Of a DNA stretch of 64,000 nt, positions 1 to 11,100 are shown piece after piece. This DNA is from Chlorokybus atmophyticus. Lineage: Eukaryota > Plantae > Mesostigma and Chlorokybus algae. A program made the position numbers and the translations under genes. The stretch is from contig RHPI01003488.1 in the NCBI GenBank assembly GCA_009103225.1, positions 62,001-126,000 on the forward strand, written 5' to 3'. The notes below the pieces were generated by a model that saw nothing but the letters and a program-made list of their open reading frames with translations, did no database searches and was not told the origin of the DNA. Every line of letters begins with the position of its first letter. Positions within the stretch are counted from its first letter, which is position 1.

Positions 1-84
1 GCATAGTCTCAAACATTGAGGTTTAGCTGCTATATCCTCAAACAACTCTGTTTCCATCCTGCTGGAAGGTATACTTCAGCAGTT

Positions 85-495
85 ATGCCAGCGGCAGCGG
101 TGGCGCCGGTCAAGCCTGTGCTGAGGTGCAAAGTGGTAGTTGTGGGTGAGTGTATGAAACAGTTCACCTTTCAAATGAGGAGTAGTCTGCTGAGGAAGTA
201 AATCGACTTCGGTGAATTGGTGAACCGAACAGTGATGGACTGGACGAGTGTTGTAGTGTGAACGCTGTACCATTTGTTATTATTGTTGTTGCTGCTGATT
301 TTTGTCTTTCTCATGTCGGTGATTATTATCCTTTTCTCATCGCTCCAGGAGATGCGACGGTGGGCAAGACCTGTCTGGTCAATGCCTTCCTGCACAAGGG
401 ACCCTTCAACAAGGACTACAGAATGGTGCGCGTGTGAGACATGCAGCTGTGGCACACATAAGCGCATCACCATGCAGGCACGCACGTGCACAGTG

Positions 496-528
<33 letters not shown>

Positions 529-1917
529 GTGTGTATGTGTGTGTGTGTGTGTTCGCACGCACACACACACGTAAATCCCCCNNNNNNNNNNNNNNNNNNN
601 NNNNNNNNNNNNNNNNNNNNNNNNNNNNNNNNNNNNNNNNNNNNNNNNNNNNNNNNNNNNNNNNNNNNNNNNNNNNNNNNNNNNNNNNNNNNNNNNNNNN
701 NNNNNNNNNNNNNNNNNNNNNNNNNNNNNNNNNNNNNNNNNNNNNNNNNNNNNNNNNNNNNNNNNNNNNNNNNNNNNNNNNNNNNNNNNNNNNNNNNNNN
801 NNNNNNNNNNNNNNNNNNNNNNNNNNNNNNNNNNNNNNNNNNNNNNNNNNNNNNNNNNNNNNNNNNNNNNNNNNNNNNNNNNNNNNNNNNNNNNNNNNNN
901 NNNNNNNNNNNNNNNNNNNNNNNNNNNNNNNNNNNNNNNNNNNNNNNNNNNNNNNNNNNNNNNNNNNNNNNNNNNNNNNNNNNNNNNNNNNNNNCCCCCC
1001 CCCCCCCCTCAAACACACACAACATCCATGATGCGTTCCATAGACAGGCAGTGTGGAGCTGAGCGTTCAGAGCATCAGCCTGGCGTCATGTGTGGCCGAG
1101 CTCGCGATCCACGACATCGGCGGGCACGATGTCTTCTTCACTGACACCACACCCAAACACGTACGCACATATGTGTTACATACTCTCCTTGTCAGTGACA
1201 CATGCGTGCATGTATGTGTGTTCACTGTGGCTTTTGCGACAGTGTGAAAGTGCTGCAGCGGCTGTTTTCGTGTACGATTGCACCAACAAACGCTCTCTTG
1301 AAAGCTGTGGTAAGTAATAATTGTATGCACGTTGTGTCGTACAATGCTACATTGGAATCCAACACCGCAAAGTGCTGACAATCATGCAGATCCATGATTG
1401 CTGTGCTTCTGTAAACAGACAAGTGGCTGCGAGTGTTGAAAACTGCGCGAGCAGGCGACCGCCCAATGCCAAGCAAGTGCCGCACGCGCACGCGCACACA
1501 CATATGATAACGCACACACCCGCATTCGCACTTGCACCCACCTGCACCCCCACACACATGCGCACGCAATGCACCCCAACGTGAAAGCACTTGTGCGCCC
1601 AGTTGCGTTGGTGGGTATGAAGTCCGACCTCCTGCGCGAGCGGTCGATCAGCGGTACGACGGTGAGTCCCGCGCAGGGGACGGAGCTGGCGCACGCGCAA
1701 GGCATGCGATTCTTCCAATGCTCCGCTGTAAGGATGAGAGACCACCCCACATTTTCCAAGTTGCGTGTTGTTGAAAGGAGAGCGTGTTTGTGACTGTTGT
1801 TGTGGTCTTGTGTGGTAGATGGCGATGGACTCTACGCAGGCGCCGTTCCATTGGATAGCGGAGCAGTTCGGTCAGAGCTACGAGGACAAACTGGACAAGA
1901 TAGCCTTACACACTTGA
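85..1917 (+). CDS. IFT27: Intraflagellar transport protein 27 (RABL4-like small GTPase), 7 exons, 199 aa
   Basis: Exons 85-145, 349-425, 1044-1160, 1243-1309, 1419-1472, 1603-1727, 1819-1917 total 600 nt and splice in frame: LRCKVVVVGDATVGKT...KDYRMTGSVEL...DIGG...VYDCT...KWLRVLKTAR...LVGMKSD...FFQCSA...APFHWIAEQFGQSYEDKLDKI. No C-terminal prenylation motif and no switch-II Gln, as expected for IFT27. Confidence 0.9.
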
Positions 1918-2355
1918 TGCGCATGGTATTGGCTACAACACTCTGCATGCGTCTGTGTGTAAGCCAAGGATGCACATGTACACACGCGTATGCACACACG
2001 CGCATAGGCACACTTGCAGACATGCATATGCAGGCACGCACACACGCACACACACGCACGCGCGCACGCACGCATGGTGATGAAGCACAACCAGGTCAGC
2101 GGCCTCAGTCACAGTGCGCGACAAGTGGTCTACGTGCACCGCATCAGTACCAGATACATCCAGGATTGGCTGATGCTATTCAATTTGCTCTCATCTAGTT
2201 GACTCACATGTCAACATGCACTGTTCCGTTCACCATGCGCGTACCAGAAACACTGCACTACTGATTCTGTGTTCCATCAGGCAACTGTAGCTCTCAATGC
2301 TGCACATTTGGTCAACACAACGCAAGTCAATTTTCCATAACACGCGCGCATACAA

Positions 2356-4792
2356 TCACCAGTGCAGTTTATAGCTACCAAGCTGCATGAGAGGATGTAC
2401 AAAGTACGCGCCTAGGCTGAATATAACGATACCCAAGTAAGGTACCCGCAAGAACTCCTTGTAATAATCTTTTGGAAGCTGTTGCCGTCCCTGCATATAA
2501 GCACACATGACACATGATTGACGCGGAAGGGAACAGCTGGGACAGAACGAAACCAGAGCTTTCTTACAACTTTCTTACATCCAGAATGGCCGCGAATGGC
2601 ACGATGCTTGTGCGAGCTTTTACCGCCTGAAATGCATCACCGTACTTTGCCTGCAGAGGGTCATGACTGTCATAAACCCACAGATACACCACAATAGCAA
2701 TTGACGGTGTATCTTGATGCAATGGTGTCCACCGATGTGCTAATTGATACCCATGCAGAACAAAGGTGAGCTACGAGCTGCTGCGGCTCACCTCAACACG
2801 GCGGTCTCCGTGCCAAACACCAAACACATGGTGCGCCAGCAGCCCCGCAGAGGTGGTCAACATAAACGAATTTCCGATCCAAAGAGTATGTGCTAAGCAC
2901 CATATCAACTGCCCGAACATCTGCAAAACCATGAGGAGTTACTACCCTGTTCATTCAACCCATTATGACAGCAGATACTGAAATAGGGACCAAACATCAT
3001 ATCAACATTAGCGAACCTGAGGGTGCCTAGTGATGCGCATAACACCAGTCTCCCACATGTGCAGCTTTGGCTTGTCCACTGCAGCAACCTACGCCAGATT
3101 GGTATGTTAGTTCAACCCCAGGTACACCTTCTTGATCAGACAAAACGGCAAGGCAGGTCACAGTACCTCCAGCAGGTTGAAAGTGGATGGATACAAGAAG
3201 AAGAATGAAATGAATGATGCAATCCATACGCCAGCGTGGATAGCGGCTGACTCCCGCACAGACCAGAGCTGAACTCCGTCATAGCGATGGTTGATGAAAA
3301 ACGCTACTGCAGCTATAGCCAATGGCAAACTAACCACCCTGTAAGAGCACACGAATCAGCATGGTGAAAAGATCAGACTGCCTACAGTATGTCAACACCG
3401 CTGCAATGTATCACCTCTCACCCGAATAGCACTCGGTATGCGCGGGCGCCAATCAGCTTCTCGCCTGAAGCTCGCAGACCAGCCAGGCCACTATGTGCTA
3501 TTGCAAAGACGATAAGAATCAACAACATTGCCACCTGCACAGCACTTGATCAATAAACATGAAGGCCTATCACGAACAAAGGAGACTCAACACCTTCTTA
3601 GTAGCGGCATAGCGTCCACACAGTATGCTGTGCGCACCTCACTGTTGTCGTTTGCCAATGACTCCATTGAGCGTATGAACGGCGTCCCGAGACCATGTTG
3701 CGGTTCAAGCCAAAGGAACCATGTGGCAGCTGTGACAGTGCCCAGTACACCAAAGAAGTACAGCCAAGCCCTGTGATCGAGCACGCGAGTTGTCGCGACA
3801 TGGCAGTCAAGACGCCCAAGACACAAGTTGAGACTTGATTGCTTACGACACACAACAACCTACACACAACAAACCCATGAAGCCAGTGAGGCGGCGTGAC
3901 ATGCAACATGGCGGTTGGTCTATAAAGTGCTACCACTAATCAACACCCCAGGTCAGGGTCTTGTCGCCATTGTGGGTTGTGTCTAGCACGCCAGGCAAAA
4001 ACATCAGTGACTGGAAAGGTAGTAAAAACCTGACCTCAAGCAGCCATTGCGTTTACTCACATAGTTACAGTCATGACTAGTGTACACGGCATGCAGTTCA
4101 TGTAGCGGTCGCCCTGCCACTCGGCTAGCCTCGCACGAGGCGACCGCTACATAATGCAGCAACAGTTTATCTTATTGGAGGCCGTGCATCAACAGCACAA
4201 GAGCAGAAACACAACTGTTAAGCACAGCTTATTCAAAAAGGACCATATGCAAAATCTGTGCGCGTTGCATTCAAATCATTTAAACACATAGGGTGGTTTA
4301 AGTCAAGCGGTAACTGAGCTTTCTGGCAAAAAAGCTGCCATGACGCGAGTTGGTAAACTTCAACTGATGCATGACAACTAGCTTGTTGTGACAACTGTGT
4401 AATAATAGCAATGTGCGTAACACTCGGCTTAACCTTGCATGCACACATGCAGTGGCAATGGTTGTGTTACAGCAAGAAGGTGTATGACACCCACACCTGC
4501 CAGACTGAGCTTCTGTCGAGAACACAGCCGCATCCTCGCCCACCAGCAAATCCTTCTTCACATCCGCGTCCACAACCTCTCGCCCACTCACCGAGCACAC
4601 AGTCGGCAAGCGCCTTGACCCTGAACACCCCCTAACCCTAGCAGGAGATGCCAGCACCAGCGGCACACGTGCCGGCCGAGCACAGCTCAGAGCGTCATGA
4701 CGTCTCTGAGGCCTATGTTCCACAACGACCTTACTCCTTGTCAGAACGGCACATGCCGGCAACGCAGCCGTCCCCAGCGCCGCCGCCGGCAT
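2356..4792 (-). CDS. Z-ISO: 15-cis-zeta-carotene isomerase (NnrU-type), plastid-targeted, multi-exon
   Basis: Transit-peptide-like N-terminus, then [71 protein letters not shown], and C-terminus [18 protein letters not shown]...[13 protein letters not shown] (TGA at 2356-2358). An alternative in-frame ATG is at 4819. Confidence 0.92.
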
Positions 4793-4922
4793 CCTCGCCG
4801 CCCCTGTGCTCAGCCACATCACCACTGAGCACAGCAGACAACCCTAATTCTGCTTTCGATCCGGGTAGCAGAATGCCACCCGACCGGAACAGGTTCGAAA
4901 AACCCCGTTTGAGGTTGTTTGC

Positions 4923-4988
4923 GCGGGAAAAACGGGCAAAAAACTGCGCCAAACTCGCGGCAGCATTTGTAATATACAAATTTGGCGG
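4923..4988. promoter_or_regulatory. Cluster of three E2F-consensus sites in the Z-ISO/MET1 divergent promoter
   Basis: GCGGGAAA 4923-4930 (rc TTTCCCGC), GCGCCAAA 4946-4953 (rc TTTGGCGC) and TTTGGCGG 4981-4988, 126-191 bp upstream of the MET1 ATG. Confidence 0.6.
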
Positions 4989-5113
4989 TAAGCTACAGAG
5001 CTCAGAGGCGAGTGCATGCAGGCGGCGGCGGCGGCGTAGTTGGCAGTGTGTTTGAGGTCGGGGGCGAGGTGGGTGGAGTGAGCGGGGCTAGGGGGCTGGT
5101 GTCTGCTCCACCC

Positions 5114-8100
5114 ATGCCTGGGCTGACGAGTGACGCCTGGGCCGACTGGACCACCTCCGGCGGACGGGTGGAGGAGAAGAGGCGCCCCAACTCCAACAAT
5201 GTGGACCGCAAGTTTGTTGCCAGCACAGGTTAGGGTTCAGATCATGCGAGGACCAGGTCATCATCATCATCACCACCTAACAGTCTCTAGTACGCAGTCA
5301 GCCTGGTAGCGTGCATGCATGCTGGGCCTTGACCAACTTGCAGCCTCGCTTGGCCGCACGAGCAATACGGCCTACCTACGAGAGAATTGCAAGCAGATGT
5401 TACCTAAAATTGATTGCGTAATGCTTTTTTTGTTTTTTTGTTTTTTTTNNNNNNNNNNNNNNNNNNNNNNNNNNNNNNNNNNNNNNNNNNNNNNNNNNNN
5501 NNNNNNNNNNNNNNNNNNNNNNNNNNNNNNNNNNNNNNNNNNNNNNNNNNNNNNNNNNNNNNNNNNNNNNNNNNNNNNNNNNNNNNNGAAGGGGGGGGGG
5601 GGCAGCGTATATAGCCTGGAACAGTTGACATGCAAAGCACAGAAGCATGCCAGTTGTTGGAAAAACGCTCTGGCAGTTGTTTGTTGTGCAGCTGGCAACG
5701 ATTCATTTGCTCATGTAATCTATTATAGGCATCACCAAACGATTATGGTATTACAATTGTCGCTTAACAAGCGACAATTGTATCAAGCGCTTGTCAAATA
5801 TCAAGCTGTCATCTTAATGCTTTGAAGTCAAACTGCTTTCTTGTGGCATTGCAGGCGAGGTGTTTCGCAGCTGGAAGGAGTGCCAGCGGTTTCTGGAGAC
5901 AGGCAATAAACGAGAACTCAAAGAGCAGCTGCCTGACAAGAAGGAGGACAGCCTGGCACAGGTGAACACAGACACAAGCGAATATCCGGTGAAACAGCCC
6001 ACTGAGAAACAGAATGGTTCAGTGGCTCAGCTGCAGCCTGCCAGCAACCTTAAGAGACATGCGCGCGACAAAAGCAGAAGTAATGCACCAAGTGCCGACA
6101 AGAAGGTATTCAGTGCAATGCCCTTGTTATGCTCATGGTTCTATGCGTGTAGTTCATGTTGAAAGCGTGCATTGATGTAGACCAATCCTGTGTAATAACA
6201 GGTGAAGCTGGAGTCGTCACGCGCGCAGCGTGCACCAGCCACAGTGTATGCTGAAGAGGATGATACAGAGGAAGCATATGATGAGGATTTCATCACTGTC
6301 ATCAAGACCCGCACAGCTGAAAGCGAAGAGATGGCCCTCACCATGACAACCAGTGGGGCGCCTGCAAGCAAAGTGCAGCACAGAAATGTCGTTGACTTGA
6401 CGCTCCATGATGACAATGGCCGCGTGCAGCCTCCGGAAGCAATTACTGACATGGCCTTGTTCCTGTCTGGTAAGTGTGTTAACATGTTGTGTTGACTCTG
6501 ACCCTGTAGACAAGGGACAGAGTGCCGCACGACAACATTATTGCGATTCACTCATGCCAAATAACCCTCTGCTACTGGCGTTTTCTCTCTTGTGCATGTG
6601 CAGCAATAATTCTTCCAGAAGATAGCTTGAACAAGTCAAAGGGTGCATGGTGCAATGGCTTCGGTCCAGTTGAAGGCTGGTACGTGGACAATTACCTAAT
6701 GAGCAGCAGGCTTTGTGCGCAATGCTCTGAGCAAGAGTTCTAACCGTTACCCACAGGTATATTGACGGCTACGATGAAGCCGAGCCTCGCATAGTGTTCA
6801 CAACAACCTCAGCTGAGTACACAGCACAGAAACCTTCAGCGCGATTCCGCAAGATACTCACCAGATTAAAGGCCGGAGCTTCTGTTTGCCATGCGGTGTA
6901 CAAGCTCCTCTCACCATCGGCTTTGCCTAAGGGTGATCCAGACCTCAGCATAGACGACCTCTTAGTAAAGCTTGCCAGAGGCTCTGGTAAGCTTGACGTG
7001 CAACACACAATGCTCTGTCTTTGAGTGATTACCACATAGCAGAGCTGGGCCAAGGCTGATTACTATTGACTGTCCAATCTTGTGCACAGCAACAAAAGCC
7101 AAGCTGTCGAGGGAAACAGTGCTCGAGCATGGCAGGTTTCTATTGCAGCAGCTGCGTGACTTAGACCAGTCCGATGACGGGCAGGAGGAAGTGCAACTCG
7201 CATCACTGCCAGCCGTGTCAGCACTGGAAGCTATGTTGGTTGCGCGCGAAGCTGACCAAAGTGCTATCCATGTTTACAAGAAGCCTGGCGCTCTTGTCAT
7301 CAAGGATAAAAAAGACGGCACAAATGCGAGCACCAGCAGTGAAGAAGAGGACGATGACCTCAAGCTGGCCCGCAAGTTGCAGGTGTGCTCGTGTGGTGGT
7401 ACTGCTTCCTCTAGTGAATGCTGCACTTGTTTGTCACTTGCACAGTGCACGAGCCATTCACAGGCAGCAGAACTGTAATAAATGAGCGCTGGGCAGGGCT
7501 TATTGAATCCTTGCGCAGGCACAAGAAGAAGCGAAACTGGCAGGGCAAGCCAAGAAGTATACAAAACAGCTTGCATCATACAATAAGTCCAAGGCAGGCA
7601 CCTATATCAAGATGAACGAAAGCGAGCTGGCGGATGACTACCCGCCCCCAGCATACTACATGAAGACAGATGAGGAAGCGGATGAGTACATGCTTTTTGA
7701 GGACTACGCTGAAGAACTCCTGCCAGAGGAGCTGCCCAGGCACCAGCTAGACGACTTTGCCTTCTACAACATGGATGGTCAGCGCGTAGATGCGTGTGCA
7801 TGTGTACATGTGGTGAGTTGTGTCATTGCAGGTCTAATCTAGCTTGACCCTTCCAGGTCGCATGGTGTCACTAGAGCTGCTGCCTATGTGGAGTGGCGTT
7901 GACCCAGACATTGAGTTGTACGGGTCCGGCAACATGACGCTAGGACGAGGGGAAGATGATTGGAGCGGTGGAGAGGAGGTTGAACCAGCTTCGGCAACCA
8001 CTGCAACAGGTGAACCCAGGCAGCAATCCTTTACACAAACTAGAGTTGGGTTGCGCATGTGCTTGGCCACTGCATGCACACTGATGCAAGCGTGGCACAG

Positions 8101-11100
8101 TTGTTCTTCCTCTGTCGATGGCTAACCTCGGTTAACCACCACTCTTGTGTTTGTAGGCGTGTCAACAACAATAGCAACAGAAGCGGTTGGATCCAGCAGT
8201 GGTTGTTCTACAGACGCAGGTAGCTGCGTGATCAACAGTGTGAGTTCTGGTGTGCAACTCGCACTCATCATTTCATAGCACTTGGCTTGACATTGTGTTC
8301 TGTAGCACCGCAAGCAGCGGAAGGTCATGCGGGCATGCGTGTCTTCCTGAGCGCAATCAAGGAGTGGGTTGTAGAGTTTGGTGCCGGCATGGTGTTCGTG
8401 ACGGTATGTAACACTGCGACACACTTGTCTGCAATGCACAATGGCTACATGGCACAATCTGAAGCGTCTACAAGGTTGCATTAGCGACTGACTGGAACAC
8501 TTATCACCTTTGTACTGCGTAGGTGCGCACGGATGGAGCATGGTACCGCCTTGGCAAATCTTCTCCTCAGTACCAAGGCTGGTATGCCCCGGTGATCAAG
8601 ACAGCGAGAGTGGCAGTGCAGTGCATCACTGCCTTAAAAGACGAGGCGCGCGTTGCACGCCTGAGCTTCGGGCAAATGGCCCAGCATCTGTCCAAGATGG
8701 ACTCAACCGCAGCTGCATTCATCTCCAACAAGGTATGCCTCAACCAGAAGGCGCAGACTCACTGCTAGATACGTGACACTTCACGTTGACCCCTTCTCTC
8801 CCCTCCACAGGTGGCAGAGGTGGAACGTCTGCTGATTGTGCATGGCCAAATCATCCTTAACGTATTCAGGACCTTTCCCGACCAGACAGTCCAACGCTGC
8901 CAGTTTGTGACAACGCTGCAAGAACGCATGCTGCAGCGCAGCCACACAAAGCTTACGCAAACAAAGAAACAGGTGAATAAAAATAATGCTGTCTTCACTA
9001 AGCGCATGCGTGTTATTGCTGGCTGAAGGATTGGAATTCACAAAGAGTGGTAGCTGCTCAATGTGTCCACCACGCTGTTGTATTTGCAACACTCGTCATT
9101 CAGGTGGTTGTGAGGCGTACGCGCAATGCGAACCCGCTGGCCGGCAAGGCTCCCGATGCCTACAAGCGCAAGCCCATGCGTGCCACCATGACTCCACTTG
9201 TGCACAGAGTATTTGCAAATTATTTTGCCCAAGGCAAAGTTGATGAGACGGTAAGCCCACTCCACTGCCGCATTGCAGAAAAGTTATGCCCTGTTAGAAC
9301 CAATGCGATGATTATTGTGGAGACTGGCCGTTGTGATTGACAACTTTTGCATCAGGCACCTGTCGCGGCAGACGCTGTCGAGGAAGAAGAAGCTCTGGAC
9401 GACAAAGGCGACGATGATGCTGAGGATGAGGACAGCGTTGCTGCACCACCCACAGCCCCATCACCAGCCAGGAACAAGGGTAAAAAGCGCAAGGTAGGAT
9501 AAGCTTGTGCATGCGTTAAGGCTCTCACGTACGCTCCATCTGGGGAAGAAAGGATGTTGTGCATGTATTCATGCACAGCCGGTCACAGGTGCAGGCACAA
9601 GACGCGCAGCTGCTAGGCAAACCAACTGGGGATGAGAAGCTGTACACACGTGCGAGTGTTCATGGGGTAGAGATTGCAGCCGGCGATGCAGTTCACTTGC
9701 CAATGGATGATGAGGATGGTGCAATGCAAAGATACGGCGTGGTGCAGTACTTCGTCCTTGATGAGGTATGTTCATCCGCGGACAACCCTGCTATCTGAAT
9801 TCAGAGGTTGATGATGGATGCGTATTTACGTTGCGTCGGATGCAAAACCATCCACCACATACACAGGAGCGAACTCCCACAGCTGCTGTGAAACGGTTGG
9901 CTTTTGGTCATGAAACAGTTCTGAGCGAGGCTGCAGATGAAAGGGAACTGTTCTTGACAGAGGCGACGGCCGATTATGACCTTGCAGACATCACGGCGTG
10001 TAACAATGTCAAGCGCCGGTATCGCCCTTGGGGGCTGGATTACCTCAAGTCCAACGCTGCGTTGGACGAGAAGGTTAAGGAAGAGGCGGAACAAAGGGGT
10101 GCTGGCGAAGAGCTGAGTTATTACTACCAATTTGCATATTATGCGCATCGAGGTGGCTTCTTCACGCTGCCGAGCATGAGTGATGTCATTGAGAACTACC
10201 AACTGAGGCAAGAAGAGGAGAAGTTTGGCTCTGCGCAGCGCATTGCTGTCAAAGCTGACGAGTTCACAATAAAGGGGCACACATACACCATTGGTGACTT
10301 TGTCTTCATTGCTGCGGATACGTTCCAAGATATGAAGAAAGCGAGCAAAGGGGGTGATAATGCAAAGGACTGCAGCAAGGGCAGGTGGAACATTGGCTCG
10401 CAAGCGTATCCTATCGTTGAGATCTTGCATCTTATCATGCCGGCTAAGGGAGTGGCATCTGCAAGCAAGCTGAAAGTGCGAAGGTATTTCCGCGGCGAGG
10501 ACATAAGTGACGCGCGTGCTTACACCGGTGACATCCGCGAGGTACAGTCACGAATGGTGTGAGACTTCAATTGGCTTTGATGGCGGTGGTTGTTACTCCT
10601 GACGGCATGTTATTTTCCTGAACAAGCACTGTTGCAATGCAGGTGTACTTTACGGAGATGACAGCAGACGTTGGCATTGACGCTGTTGAAGGTCCATGCG
10701 TAGTTCAGCGAAAAGAAGCTGTCTTCGACTTGGATGTAAGTGCTTTGTCGGGTCTAATGCTTCTTGTTGCACACCACCTCTGCTGCTGCTCATCATATGG
10801 CTCTTGACCCTGCAGGCTTTCCTAGAAGAACACAACACGTTTCACTGCAGCTACAAGTTCAACCCAGCTGATGAATCCATTCACAAGGTGCATCCACAGC
10901 CACTGCATCAAGTTGGCATCATAACAGCCACAAACTACACTGGAATTAGCTGCATGCACACGTTGACAGCAACTGTGTCACACGTCCAGCTTTTAACATC
11001 CATCCTGTTGTGTTCTGCTTGCATGCGATTATGATTGTAGTTGTTGACACATCCTGCCACAGTTGGACATCACGCACACATTTGCTAAGAGTGCAAGCAA

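Noticed and set aside
85-1917. Ordinary Rab/Rho GTPase
   Set aside because: No CAAX/CC tail, and the LRCKV..VG start and YEDK end fit IFT27/RABL4 better.
5449-5587. Mis-join at the intron-1 gap creating a false MBD-MET1 fusion
   Set aside because: The second half of the MBD-like motif lies downstream of the gap, contiguous with MET1, and the two halves join in phase into one domain. An accidental join is unlikely, though cDNA confirmation is still needed.
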